Position numbers and translations under genes: made by a program. Of a DNA stretch of 64,000 nt, positions 9,989-19,359 are shown one piece after another. Under the pieces are notes generated by a model, which did no database searches, had not been told where the DNA came from, and was given only the letters and a program-made list of their open reading frames with translations. The first letter of the stretch is position 1. Every line of letters starts with the position of its first letter. This stretch comes from Candidatus Obscuribacteraceae bacterium (GTDB taxonomy: Bacteria > Cyanobacteriota > Vampirovibrionia > Obscuribacterales > Obscuribacteraceae): NCBI GenBank assembly GCA_044229845.1, contig JBGASG010000001.1, positions 480,001-544,000 on the forward strand. Reading direction: 5' to 3'.

Positions 9989-10128
9989 TCCCCCCGGTTT
10001 CATTTGCCAAGGTCGTAGAACCACCACCTCCAGATAGTCGCCGGTGGGAATTTCACGATAGGCCTCTTATAGTTCCAATGAAATGATCTGACTCACTAAT
10101 CGCGTATTGTGTCAGGTCGGAATCACAG

Positions 10129-11799
10129 ATGTCGGAAACCCTGTTTGAGCAAGCCAGATCTAACTCCCACAAGAGCTTTCTGGAACGCGAATACGAAGTC
10201 GTCGGCGGCGGTCTGATCGATGGGCTGGGTCGTGCCGGCGGTCAGACGTTGCAGGACATCAAAACTTTCGGTTCGAACTTTGCCAACGATTGGTCGGGCA
10301 CCACCGGTGGTTTCCTCAAAGATCACTGGAGCGAAGCAGCGGTTGGTGCTGCGATTACATTCGCCAATCCCAAAAAATGGGTGACGTCGCTGCTGTTTGC
10401 CTATTCGATGCGCGGATTGCTGACCGATACCGCGCAAGCAGCCTGGCTCGCCGGCTCTTCCGATGCGGATACAGCCCGACTGCGCGCTCAATACGCCAAC
10501 AGCGTCAGCCACGAGGGCACGGCCTTTCTCTCTTCTTTGCCGATGACCATGGCGGGAGGATATGCAGGCAGAGCCGGTGCCGGCATCGCTTTTGGCAAGA
10601 CTCCGGACGGAAAGCCCTTGGGCGCCCTCGACATGCTGTCCGGCAAGGTGACGCCGGCGATGGTGCAGCGCAATATCATGACCAATCTGGTGGACAGGAT
10701 CAGACCGCCGGAGACCAAGCTTTTGATCACCGACATGGACGGCACGGTCGGCAATTTCAGCGGCTACTTCGCTCGCGGTATCGAGAAAGCGATTCCGGAG
10801 CTGGCGTCCAATCCCAAGCTCATGGAAGCAAACATGGCGCTGCCCGAGGCGCAGCGCATTCCGGTGATCGACGGCAAGCTATCAGAAGAATGGCTCTACA
10901 AAGCCATCGGCGGTGTCATGGACCAGCAGCGGTCGCACGACTATCCCTGGTCGGTGGAGCTGGCGGTGGGAGAGAAACTGGGCGTCGGGCAGCCTGGACG
11001 CATGAGCGCCGCGGAGTTTAACAACACAGCGGTGCAACCGTTCTGGGCAACGATGGACAAGGCTCTGGTCGAACACCTCAACCTGTATCCACAGGTGCTC
11101 GAGACTTTGAGTGCCGTCAAGGACCGCGGCATTCCAACGGTAGTCTTAAGTGATGCGCCTGCCTACATTGGACTGCGGCGTTTGACCCACATGGGGTTGG
11201 ATCGCGGCTATGTTGAGCGTTTGTATGCTCTGCACAACTGGGAGGTTCCCATCCTGCCAGACGGCGGCGCCGCGCCCCAGATGGCGCGCGTACATTCCAT
11301 GCTGGACATCGTGAACGGGCTGACCGAGTTCCGAGCCATTCCGAAGTCGTTCGAGAAGCCGCACACCCAAGGCTTCCAGGCTCTAATGGACCAGTACGGT
11401 GTACGCCCGGCGCAGACGCTGATGGTTGGTGACAGCCGCATCAAAGACCTGGGTGTTGCCTACAATGCCGGTGCTCGCGGACTCTGGGCGAGATATGGGC
11501 AGCCGGATGCTTATGCTGAGGCGATTTTGGAGCGCCTGCGACCGTTGCCTGAAGAAGTGCCAACCGGTCCCAAACCGGCCAAGGTTTATCCACCCAGTGC
11601 CGGACCGCCGCTGGAAAATTATGGACAGGTGCTCAATTACCTCAAGCCCAAAGCAGACTGGGGCGAAATTTTGCGCACCGGCGTGCGTCACGGACTGGCA
11701 GTCCGCCCATCGCCGGCTGCGGCGCTCGGTTTCACTATCCATGATCCGCTGATACCGCAGGGGTTGGGCGGGTTCGACAATCCAGAAAAAACTCCCTGA
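10129..11799 (+). CDS. HAD-superfamily hydrolase with ~190 aa Gly/Ala-rich N-terminal extension
   Basis: ITDMDGT (motif I), VLSD (II), EKP (III), MVGDSRIKD (IV). Confidence 0.8.
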   Translation: MSETLFEQARSNSHKSFLEREYEVVGGGLIDGLGRAGGQTLQDIKTFGSNFANDWSGTTGGFLKDHWSEAAVGAAITFANPKKWVTSLLFAYSMRGLLTDTAQAAWLAGSSDADTARLRAQYANSVSHEGTAFLSSLPMTMAGGYAGRAGAGIAFGKTPDGKPLGALDMLSGKVTPAMVQRNIMTNLVDRIRPPETKLLITDMDGTVGNFSGYFARGIEKAIPELASNPKLMEANMALPEAQRIPVIDGKLSEEWLYKAIGGVMDQQRSHDYPWSVELAVGEKLGVGQPGRMSAAEFNNTAVQPFWATMDKALVEHLNLYPQVLETLSAVKDRGIPTVVLSDAPAYIGLRRLTHMGLDRGYVERLYALHNWEVPILPDGGAAPQMARVHSMLDIVNGLTEFRAIPKSFEKPHTQGFQALMDQYGVRPAQTLMVGDSRIKDLGVAYNAGARGLWARYGQPDAYAEAILERLRPLPEEVPTGPKPAKVYPPSAGPPLENYGQVLNYLKPKADWGEILRTGVRHGLAVRPSPAAALGFTIHDPLIPQGLGGFDNPEKTP

Positions 11800-11941
11800 T
11801 CAAGGGAAAATCGCCCGTTCTGAGTCTGGAAATGGCAGATAAATAGGAAAAAACGGGCAGAATGCCTGAGAAACCGCCTCTACCGGCTTCCCGAGTTTCG
11901 TGGAAAGGCTATGATAGGAAGAGGGGTCCTCTGGAGAGTTC

Positions 11942-13006
11942 ATGAACACTTGCCCTAAGTGTGACACGTCATTGGAGCCATGGCAGGTCACCTGCCATGA
12001 TTGCGGTCGCCCGGTCTCCGCGGAGCGCGTGCCGGTGGTGAGCAGTGTGGTTCCGGCTGCCGCTGAACTGGAAGAGGCTTACGACAACTGGTTCAATCAG
12101 GGCTCGGAAGCGCTTGATGCCGGCAATTTCGAAGAAGCCGCCAACTGCTTGCGTGAAGCCGCCAAACGCAGCCGGGCCTTGCCGGATGCGGACGACAAGG
12201 AGCTGGAGGCCCGCAAAAAGCTGGGCACGGCCCTGGAAAAACTCGGCAAGCTGCCTGAGGCAGCAGACCAGTACCGGATTATCTCTCAAGAGAGCCCGGA
12301 AGGCGAAGTACGAGACTACTGGTTGAAGAAGTCTCAGGACCTGGTGGCCTCGTCGTTCCCTTACGATTCGCTGTTTGCACGCGAAGAATTTCGTGCCCTG
12401 CAAGGCGACGAAGCGAAGGTGGTTCCGCTTTACTGCGCGGGTTGCAAACGATTGCTGGCCGAAGCGGAGGTGTACGCATTTCGTCGTGGTATCACTAACG
12501 ATGTGCGCTGCTGGTGCAAGTTTGATGGTGCACCAATGGCCAAAATGGACGCCAAACATCAACGTGCTGTGGAAGAGTCGCGCAGCGCTATCGGTCAAAG
12601 AGCTCGAGCGATTCAGGTGGCTTCTCAACCGATGCCGGGCGGGCGGCGGCGATCTACGGCTGTCGTCCTGGCCCTATTGCTTGGCTGGATGGGCGGACAC
12701 AAGTTCTATCTGGGCGAGAATATCGCCGGTTCTCTTTACCTTATGTGGTTCTGGACCTCCGTACCTTTGATTCTGTCTCTTTACGAGGCGATGGTGCTCA
12801 GCCAGATGTCGGTCGTGAACTTCAACATGACGTATAATATCGACCTCGTCTTGGCTCAGGTTGAGCCTCCAGAGGAGAGACAGCCGATGACGGATGTCTT
12901 CTCGATGGAGATTACTGCTGACGACCCGGAAGAAACCACCGCGGAAGCAGCGCCGGAGTCGGGCGACGGGCTGGAAGCCAAGCCTGTTTCGGAAGAAACA
13001 AAGTAA
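11942..13006 (+). CDS. Zn-ribbon + TPR + TM2 (NINE) domain protein
   Basis: CPKC..CHDC; TPR-like helices; CAGC..CWC; LALLLGWMGGHKFYLG TM2 motif; acidic tail. Confidence 0.8.
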   Translation: MNTCPKCDTSLEPWQVTCHDCGRPVSAERVPVVSSVVPAAAELEEAYDNWFNQGSEALDAGNFEEAANCLREAAKRSRALPDADDKELEARKKLGTALEKLGKLPEAADQYRIISQESPEGEVRDYWLKKSQDLVASSFPYDSLFAREEFRALQGDEAKVVPLYCAGCKRLLAEAEVYAFRRGITNDVRCWCKFDGAPMAKMDAKHQRAVEESRSAIGQRARAIQVASQPMPGGRRRSTAVVLALLLGWMGGHKFYLGENIAGSLYLMWFWTSVPLILSLYEAMVLSQMSVVNFNMTYNIDLVLAQVEPPEERQPMTDVFSMEITADDPEETTAEAAPESGDGLEAKPVSEETK

Positions 13007-13026
13007 AAGGAACTGCGGAACTCACC

Positions 13027-13353
13027 ATGTCGCTTGCGGATAAAACGTGTGAGCCGTGTCGTGGTGGCACGCCACCACTGACGCGTGAACAAATTGAACC
13101 GATGCTGGACGAACTCAAGGGTTGGACGGTGGAAGCCGGAGACAAGCACTTGAGAAAGTCCATCAAGACAAAAGATTTCCTGGAATCTTTACAGCTGGCC
13201 AACAAGATCGGCGAGGTTGCCGAGCAGCAAGGACACCATCCTGACCTCCTGGTTCGTTGGGGTGAGTTGAACATTGAGCTCTGGACGCATAAAATCGACG
13301 GTCTCAGCGAAGCTGATTTCATACTGGCTGCCAAAATAGATAGATTGAAATGA
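13027..13353 (+). CDS. phhB: Pterin-4-alpha-carbinolamine dehydratase
   Basis: AEQQGHHPDL, LWTHKIDGLSEADFILAAKID. Confidence 0.92.
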   Translation: MSLADKTCEPCRGGTPPLTREQIEPMLDELKGWTVEAGDKHLRKSIKTKDFLESLQLANKIGEVAEQQGHHPDLLVRWGELNIELWTHKIDGLSEADFILAAKIDRLK

Positions 13354-14510
13354 ACGTAGTCTTTTTAAGTCCGCACTTTCCCCCCAACTTTCAGAACTTC
13401 TGCCAGCGATTGCGCGCTGCCGGAGCGACGGTGCTGGGGCTCGCCGACGCGCACTGGGACTCGATGACGACCGAACTGCAGCACAGTTTGAGCGATTACT
13501 ATCGAGTCAACGACATGCACAACTATGACGAGTTGGTGCGGGCTCTCGGCTGGTTTACGCATAAGTACGGCAAAATCGACCGCATTGACTCTCAAAACGA
13601 ATACTGGCTGGAGACTGAAGCACGGCTGCGCACCGACTTCAACGTTTCTGGCATCAGAATGGATGCCATCGATCGCATTAAGCGCAAGTCTGAGATGAAA
13701 AGCGTTTTCCAGAAGGCCGGTCTGCGGCCGGCTCGTGGACGCGTATGCCGCACCGAGTCGGAGGTGCGCAGCTTCATGGCAGAAGTCGGGTACCCGGTGG
13801 TTGCCAAACCTGATACCGGAGTTGGTGCTGCCACCACTTACAAAATCGCCAATGATCACGATGTGGAGCGCTATTTGCGCGACCGCCCCTCGGGCGATTA
13901 TATCTTCGAGGAGTTCATCAATTCGCAGATTGTCACCTTTGACGGTTTGACAGATGCGCATGGCAATCTGGTGTTCTCGTCGTCCTTGCGCTACAGCAAA
14001 GGTGTCATGGAAGCTGTCAATGAAGACAGCGACATTTACTACTGGTTTGTGCGCCATATAGAGCCGCAGCTCAAGGATGCCGGACTGGCGACTTTGAAAG
14101 CATTTGATGTGCGCGAGCGTTTCTTCCACTTCGAATATTTCATGGACAAAGCCGGAGACATCGTTCCTATGGAAGTGAACATGCGCCCGCCGGGTGGACT
14201 TACCCTGGACATGTTCAATTTTGCCAACGACTTCGACTGCTACAAAATATGGGCGGAGATGCTGGTCACCGGCAAGCAGGACCCATTGCCCTCGCCCAAG
14301 TATCACGTCATGTATGTAGGTCGCAAGGATCACATTTGCTACTCATTGCCGCGTGATGAAATCTTCGAAAAGTACGGCAAGCTGTTGATTCACCACGAAC
14401 GCATTCGCGACGTGTTCTCGTTGGCATTAGGCAACGACGGATTTATTTTGCGACACGCCGAGCTCGAGCCGCTGACCGAAGCCGCCGAAGCTATACAGAA
14501 ACGCGCTTGA
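13350..14510 (+). CDS. ATP-grasp domain protein (carboxylate-amine ligase-like)
   Basis: GYPVVAKPDTGVGA, FEEFI, HFEYF, EVNMRPPGG; ATGA overlap with phhB. Confidence 0.85.
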   Translation: MNVVFLSPHFPPNFQNFCQRLRAAGATVLGLADAHWDSMTTELQHSLSDYYRVNDMHNYDELVRALGWFTHKYGKIDRIDSQNEYWLETEARLRTDFNVSGIRMDAIDRIKRKSEMKSVFQKAGLRPARGRVCRTESEVRSFMAEVGYPVVAKPDTGVGAATTYKIANDHDVERYLRDRPSGDYIFEEFINSQIVTFDGLTDAHGNLVFSSSLRYSKGVMEAVNEDSDIYYWFVRHIEPQLKDAGLATLKAFDVRERFFHFEYFMDKAGDIVPMEVNMRPPGGLTLDMFNFANDFDCYKIWAEMLVTGKQDPLPSPKYHVMYVGRKDHICYSLPRDEIFEKYGKLLIHHERIRDVFSLALGNDGFILRHAELEPLTEAAEAIQKRA

Positions 14511-14527
14511 TCGAAAAATCGCAAAGT

Positions 14528-14552
14528 AAAACGGCGCTTGCGCGCCGTTTTT
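14528..14552. terminator. Bidirectional intrinsic terminator
   Basis: AAAACGGCGC-TTGC-GCGCCGTTTT perfect 10 bp stem between convergent genes. Confidence 0.75.
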
Positions 14553-14587
14553 CCGAGAGAGAAATTAGAGGACGACCTTGTGACTGG

Positions 14588-16585
14588 TTAAACAGTCGCA
14601 GAGGCTTCGGACAATTCCAGTTCGTATCCGGGTACGGCACCGTTTGTTTTGACGATGACGTCGCGGACTTTTGAAGGCACTCCGCCACCGAGAACCAGAT
14701 CGCGGAAGATAGAGAGCAATTGTGTTGTCGTGAGCAATGACAAGTTTTTGCGCTCGGCGAATTCGACCATCGATGTGCTGTAGTCTTCTTCGTTTCTATC
14801 GATTGGCGGGCGATCGGCCCAGGTCGAGGCAAGCAAGATGCCCTTGGGCTCGTATTCATGAGCGCCCCAGAAATTGATCAGTGATTCGGCAAGGTGAGCC
14901 AGTTCGGCGCGGTTCGGTTGCGCATTGGTCCAGACCAGGCGAACGATGGCTTGCGTCTGTGTGCCGTCCGTCAACCACAGTTCGTCGGAGTTGTTGGGCG
15001 ATGGTTTCACCGACCAGCCAAGGTGACCGAATACTTTGGTGACTGCTCTCACCAGCTCTTCGCCCTGGGCGGAAAGCAATGAGTTCTTCAGATCGTCCAT
15101 CATGCTAATGCGCTCTTGCACATCTTGCATCTTGATCTGGGCAAGACGGACCTGCTCTTGCAGATCTTCGAACTGCTGCCGCAGCGCATCGAGTTCGGCG
15201 AACGAGTACGCTTGGCACCATGCAGGAACGTTCGGTTTGCTGAGTTCTTTTTGCATTTTCTTCATCAGGTCCTTGGCCTGCGGGTGTCCGTTACCTTCAC
15301 TATCGGTTGAGGATGTCGTTGGGGTGGCTCCGTTATCGGAGGTGCTCATTGAGGATCGTTCCCCGTTATCGCTGCCAGATAACTGCGATTTGGAAACAGG
15401 CTCGGAATCGAGCTTGATGGGGTCGAGCTTGATGGGCTCGGGCATTTCGATTTCTTTGCTGACCACCGGTTCTGGCGCAGATGGTATCGGCGGAATTGAA
15501 CTTTCAGCCGGTTTTTCTTCTGCGACTGGTTCCGGTTTGGATTCTTCCTTCGGCTCTTCCTTGGGTTCTTGTTTCGGTTCTTCCTTCGGCTCTTCCTTGG
15601 GCTCTTCCTTGGCGGCGGGAGCTTCTTCCTTGGCTGGCGTTTCGTCTTTCGCCGGTTCTTCCTCGGACTCTTTAGATTCTTCCTTGGCGTTGGTTACCGG
15701 TTGAATTGGTTGCGCTGCCGACCTGTCATCAGAAAAGAGGTTATCGAGGGTGTTGGCAATACTTTTCGAAACTTCTTCCAGTGGAATCTTGTTGACGTCG
15801 ACTTCCTTTTCTTTTTCTTTGGCCGGTGCGGCTGCTGCAGCTGGCTCGGCTGCGGCAGATGAAGAGGAAGAGGCGCCTTCTTCAAGATCAGCCCATTTCT
15901 TCAAGCACTCGGCGAGAGCCAGATCGTGCTTTTCAGCGTAGGGGGCCGGCAAGAATACAACCATGCCGTTCTTGTGTCCAGTCGGCCGAAAAGCCGCGAT
16001 GCATTTATTAGGTCCGGCGGTCGCCAGCGGCACGAAGCCCTCAGTGAGGTTTTCGTTGCGGATAATTGTGCTCCACTCCAGACCGGGTTGCTTCAAATAC
16101 TGCTGGAACACGTGCTGGGCACCGTCAGCGGTGACATCGATCGACTTGCCGCGAATGGTGGCGCTCATATTGCGATGATTGGGTCCCGACGGTTTGTCCG
16201 GAGACAGGTCGCCCAACCAGGAGTAGTTATCCATCGAATCGGACGGGCACTGTACGGTGAACGGCGGGGTCAGAAAGAAGACCAGTAGTCCGCCCTTGCG
16301 AATAAACTGCGCCAGTTCCTGCGTGCGCAGATCCAACTCGGACTGGGTCGACTCGAGAAACTCGTCGTCATCCAACCGCAGAGTAGTAATGCCTTCGTTC
16401 TGCAAATTCTCAACTTTCGTCAGAAGCTCGGACTTGCTTTCAAACAGGTGAGCGATACTGACTGGATTAGCGACGATGACGTCGTACATCGCCAACGGCT
16501 TGGCTTCACCCAGCGGCAGCGTGGACGAAGCACCAAAGCCGGGGCTATTAATCCGTAATACTTTCTCCTCGGACAGCGTGCTCAT
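14588..16585 (-). CDS. Hypothetical multidomain protein: N-terminal globular domain, E/P/K-rich linker, coiled coil, restriction-endonuclease-like C-terminal domain
   Basis: Long ORF (open to 16654; ATG 16585 has an SD-like AAGGCGG); KEEP repeats; GEELVRAV..VF..LGW..D...KGILL..TTTQL pattern. Confidence 0.7.
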   Translation of the reverse strand: MSTLSEEKVLRINSPGFGASSTLPLGEAKPLAMYDVIVANPVSIAHLFESKSELLTKVENLQNEGITTLRLDDDEFLESTQSELDLRTQELAQFIRKGGLLVFFLTPPFTVQCPSDSMDNYSWLGDLSPDKPSGPNHRNMSATIRGKSIDVTADGAQHVFQQYLKQPGLEWSTIIRNENLTEGFVPLATAGPNKCIAAFRPTGHKNGMVVFLPAPYAEKHDLALAECLKKWADLEEGASSSSSAAAEPAAAAAPAKEKEKEVDVNKIPLEEVSKSIANTLDNLFSDDRSAAQPIQPVTNAKEESKESEEEPAKDETPAKEEAPAAKEEPKEEPKEEPKQEPKEEPKEESKPEPVAEEKPAESSIPPIPSAPEPVVSKEIEMPEPIKLDPIKLDSEPVSKSQLSGSDNGERSSMSTSDNGATPTTSSTDSEGNGHPQAKDLMKKMQKELSKPNVPAWCQAYSFAELDALRQQFEDLQEQVRLAQIKMQDVQERISMMDDLKNSLLSAQGEELVRAVTKVFGHLGWSVKPSPNNSDELWLTDGTQTQAIVRLVWTNAQPNRAELAHLAESLINFWGAHEYEPKGILLASTWADRPPIDRNEEDYSTSMVEFAERKNLSLLTTTQLLSIFRDLVLGGGVPSKVRDVIVKTNGAVPGYELELSEASATV
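15543..15610 (-). repeat. 12-bp coding tandem repeat (KEEP x5-6)
   Basis: Units of about ttcttccttcgg/ctcttccttggg encoding KEEPKEEPKEEPKQEPKEEPKEE. Confidence 0.85.
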
Positions 16586-16794
16586 ATCTACCGCCTTTTG
16601 CGTTCTGTGCGTAGTTAGCAGGTTCGAGATCAACCCCAAAAGACTTATACCCATGCCGGACCGCCCTACTTCGGTTTCGGGACAGCGAAAACTTAAATCT
16701 AATAGTTGCCAAGAGATAATTCTGTTGTACGTTTTGAGACTTCCAGGTGACGCTGGTATGCAACGAATATCAGACGCAGTCGGGTTTTGTTGGC

Positions 16795-16827
16795 AAAAAG
16801 CGAGCGCGGCAACTGCTTGCCGCGCTC
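16795..16827 (-). terminator. Intrinsic terminator downstream of the 16875-17285 gene
   Basis: 11 bp stem GAGCGCGGCAA/TTGCCGCGCTC followed by a U-run on the minus strand. Confidence 0.7.
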
Positions 16828-16874
16828 TGAAAGTTCGTCGGACCAGAGTCCAACCAGTCTTGTTGGACTGGAGG

Positions 16875-17285
16875 CTAGCTCTCCAGGTCGTCGTTCATGC
16901 TGAACGAGTTTGGACGGAACGGCTTGTCGAAACCGTATTTGAAAGCGTTGCGAGTGCCCCAGTACACGCCTTCAGCGCCGCCGACCACCAGACCGAAGCC
17001 CAGACCGATCGGGGCTGCGAACCAGTTGGGCGGTCCGTGCTCTTTTCCGCCCATCTTGTCGGCGATATCGCCGGTTTTCTGGGCGGAGCGCGTGATTACC
17101 TGACGCACCATAGCGAACGGGATGCCTACTGCCATGCCCGCGCCGATGCCGGCGACCTGGACAGGCAACCAGACGGTTTTCTTGGCCATATCGCCCACGC
17201 CTTCACCGTCGTCGGCCCGGACTGGCAAAATGGCTACTGTGCTTACTAAAACTGCCGCTAGCAATGTTGCGGTTGGTCTTCTCAT
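16875..17285 (-). CDS. Small exported/membrane hypothetical protein, Gly-rich
   Basis: GGAGGA SD before ATG 17285; signal peptide (VRA-DD); two Gly-rich hydrophobic helices. Confidence 0.7.
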   Translation of the reverse strand: MRRPTATLLAAVLVSTVAILPVRADDGEGVGDMAKKTVWLPVQVAGIGAGMAVGIPFAMVRQVITRSAQKTGDIADKMGGKEHGPPNWFAAPIGLGFGLVVGGAEGVYWGTRNAFKYGFDKPFRPNSFSMNDDLES

Positions 17286-17432
17286 TGACTTCCTCCAATT
17301 CCTGACCACGCCCCGAAGTGCGGGTTGATTGATTTGCCCGCCGGGTTACACCGAGCGTCATAATAGCACCGCGATCTGTAGATTCATACTCACAGGTTGA
17401 GTAATATGGGCCTCAAGACAAGTGGATGAATC

Positions 17433-18623
17433 ATGACAGGACCTCTCATAACCTCAGGCGCTAAATACCACCGCAAAGGCTTTGGTCTCAAGGAACAGAT
17501 CCAGGGTGAGCTGAGCGCCGAATATGAATCTGAACTAATCGCCGAATTACGTGCAAACGGCAACAAATTGCAAGTCGGTGACATAACCATCAAGTTGGCT
17601 GAGGCTTTCGGCTTTTGCTGGGGTGTCGATCGCGCTGTCTCGATGGCTTATGAAACGCGCAAACAGTTTCCCGAACGACGCATCTGGATCACCAATGAGA
17701 TCATTCACAACCCGTTGGTAAACGCCAATCTGCGTCAGATGAACATTGCGTTTGTGCCTGTCTCCGAATGTGGTGCCAAAGACTTCTCCGGTATCGCTGA
17801 AGGTGACGTGGTCATTTTGCCGGCTTTCGGAGCGTCCGTTCAGGAAATGCAGCTTCTAGAAAGCAAACAGTGCGAGATCGTCGATACCACTTGCCCGTGG
17901 GTTTCGCGGGTGTGGAATCGAGTCGACAAATACAAGAAAGGCGAATTCACGGCGCTCATTCACGGTAAATACAATCATGAAGAAACCATCGCCACTTCCT
18001 CGCGCGCTCGCCATTATCTGATCGTTCAAAATCTTGCCGAAGCGGAATGGGTTTGCAACTACATTCTTGAGGGCGGAGACAGCCAGGAGTTTCTCACTAA
18101 ATTCAAAGATGCGGTATCGGCAGGTTTCAATCCCGATCAGCATCTTCAACGCCTCGGTGTAGCCAACCAGACCACCATGCTCAAAGGAGAGACCGAGCAG
18201 ATCGGCAAGTTGGTGGAGCGCACCATGCTGCGCAAGTTTGGTGCCACCAATCTCAACGAACATTTCCTCAGCCCCGGTGACACCATTTGCGATGCCACTC
18301 AGGAGCGTCAGGACGCCATGTTGACTCTCGTTGAAGAGCCGCTCGATCTGGTGCTGGTGATTGGCGGATTCAACTCATCCAATACCGGACACTTGCAGGA
18401 AATCGCTGTTGAGAAGGGGCTGACTGCCTATCACATTGACGGTCCGGATTGCATCTTGCCCGACAATACGATTCGCCACAAGCCGATTCATTCCGCCCAG
18501 CCGATTGCCACTACGCCCTGGCTGCCGACGGGAGCCTGCTCTATGGGTATCACGGCCGGTGCCTCCACTCCCGATCAGGTGATTGCCGGCGTGATCGGCA
18601 GAATTCTGCAGTCGCGTCAATAA
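17433..18623 (+). CDS. ispH: 4-hydroxy-3-methylbut-2-enyl diphosphate reductase (cyanobacterial/plant-type)
   Basis: [49 protein letters not shown]. Confidence 0.97.
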   Translation: MTGPLITSGAKYHRKGFGLKEQIQGELSAEYESELIAELRANGNKLQVGDITIKLAEAFGFCWGVDRAVSMAYETRKQFPERRIWITNEIIHNPLVNANLRQMNIAFVPVSECGAKDFSGIAEGDVVILPAFGASVQEMQLLESKQCEIVDTTCPWVSRVWNRVDKYKKGEFTALIHGKYNHEETIATSSRARHYLIVQNLAEAEWVCNYILEGGDSQEFLTKFKDAVSAGFNPDQHLQRLGVANQTTMLKGETEQIGKLVERTMLRKFGATNLNEHFLSPGDTICDATQERQDAMLTLVEEPLDLVLVIGGFNSSNTGHLQEIAVEKGLTAYHIDGPDCILPDNTIRHKPIHSAQPIATTPWLPTGACSMGITAGASTPDQVIAGVIGRILQSRQ

Positions 18624-18626
18624 CGC

Positions 18627-19355
18627 ATGTCGACAGCCAGGCCGCCTGCCGCACTAATCACCGCCGGTGCCAAGCGCATCGGTCGAGCGATGTCTATGCG
18701 CCTGGCGCGCAGAGGCTATGACGTGGCGGTGCACTATCACAAGTCTCGTGCGGAAGCTGAGGAATTGCGGGATCAACTGGTACACCTGGGAGTTGCCTGC
18801 AAGCTGTTCGAGGCTGACTTTAACGACACGGCCGACACCGCCGCGCTGGTGGAGCAAGTGCATCAGGAGTTGCCCAATTTGCAGCTTCTCATCAACAGCG
18901 CCTCCGTTTTTCATCCGGTCGATTTTCTCAAAAGCGATGAGAAAGATATCGACGACAATATCAACGTGCACCTGCGCGCTCCCTATTTGTTGACCCGCGA
19001 ATTCGCGCGCAGCATCGGCAAAGGCCAGATCGTAAACATTGTCGATGCTTCGTTTGTCCGTCACGAAACTGCTTTCTTCGCCTACCAGTTGACCAAGAAG
19101 GCCCTGGTTGAATTGACCCTGATGTCGGCGCGGCGCCTTGCTCCTGATATTCGTGTCAACGCTATCGCACCGGGTTTGGTGCTGCCCCCGGAGGGCAAGT
19201 CGGGCACGGACTTCGAACTTAAAATGGAAGCTAATCCGCTGAAGCGCCGTGCGCAAGTGGAAGATGTTGTCGATGCTCTGGATTATTTGCTGACACAGCA
19301 GCACGTCACAGGGCAGATACTGTTTGTGGACGGCGGCGAGCACATCGACTTCTAG
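18627..19355 (+). CDS. SDR, pteridine reductase/FolM-like
   Basis: TAGAKRIG (R-I-G typical of PTR1/FolM), VHYHKS, NSAS, YQLTK, IRVNAIAPG. Confidence 0.8.
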   Translation: MSTARPPAALITAGAKRIGRAMSMRLARRGYDVAVHYHKSRAEAEELRDQLVHLGVACKLFEADFNDTADTAALVEQVHQELPNLQLLINSASVFHPVDFLKSDEKDIDDNINVHLRAPYLLTREFARSIGKGQIVNIVDASFVRHETAFFAYQLTKKALVELTLMSARRLAPDIRVNAIAPGLVLPPEGKSGTDFELKMEANPLKRRAQVEDVVDALDYLLTQQHVTGQILFVDGGEHIDF

Positions 19356-19359
19356 CAGA

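Noticed and set aside
13365..14333. 322 aa ORF antisense to the ATP-grasp gene, and similar shadows at 57514-58416 and 18654-19421
   Set aside because: Long antisense ORFs are expected from codon bias at this GC content.
15543..15610. Short tandem repeats as a possible CRISPR array (also 53293-53346 and 51160-51215)
   Set aside because: They are in-frame coding repeats without unique spacers, and no cas genes are present.
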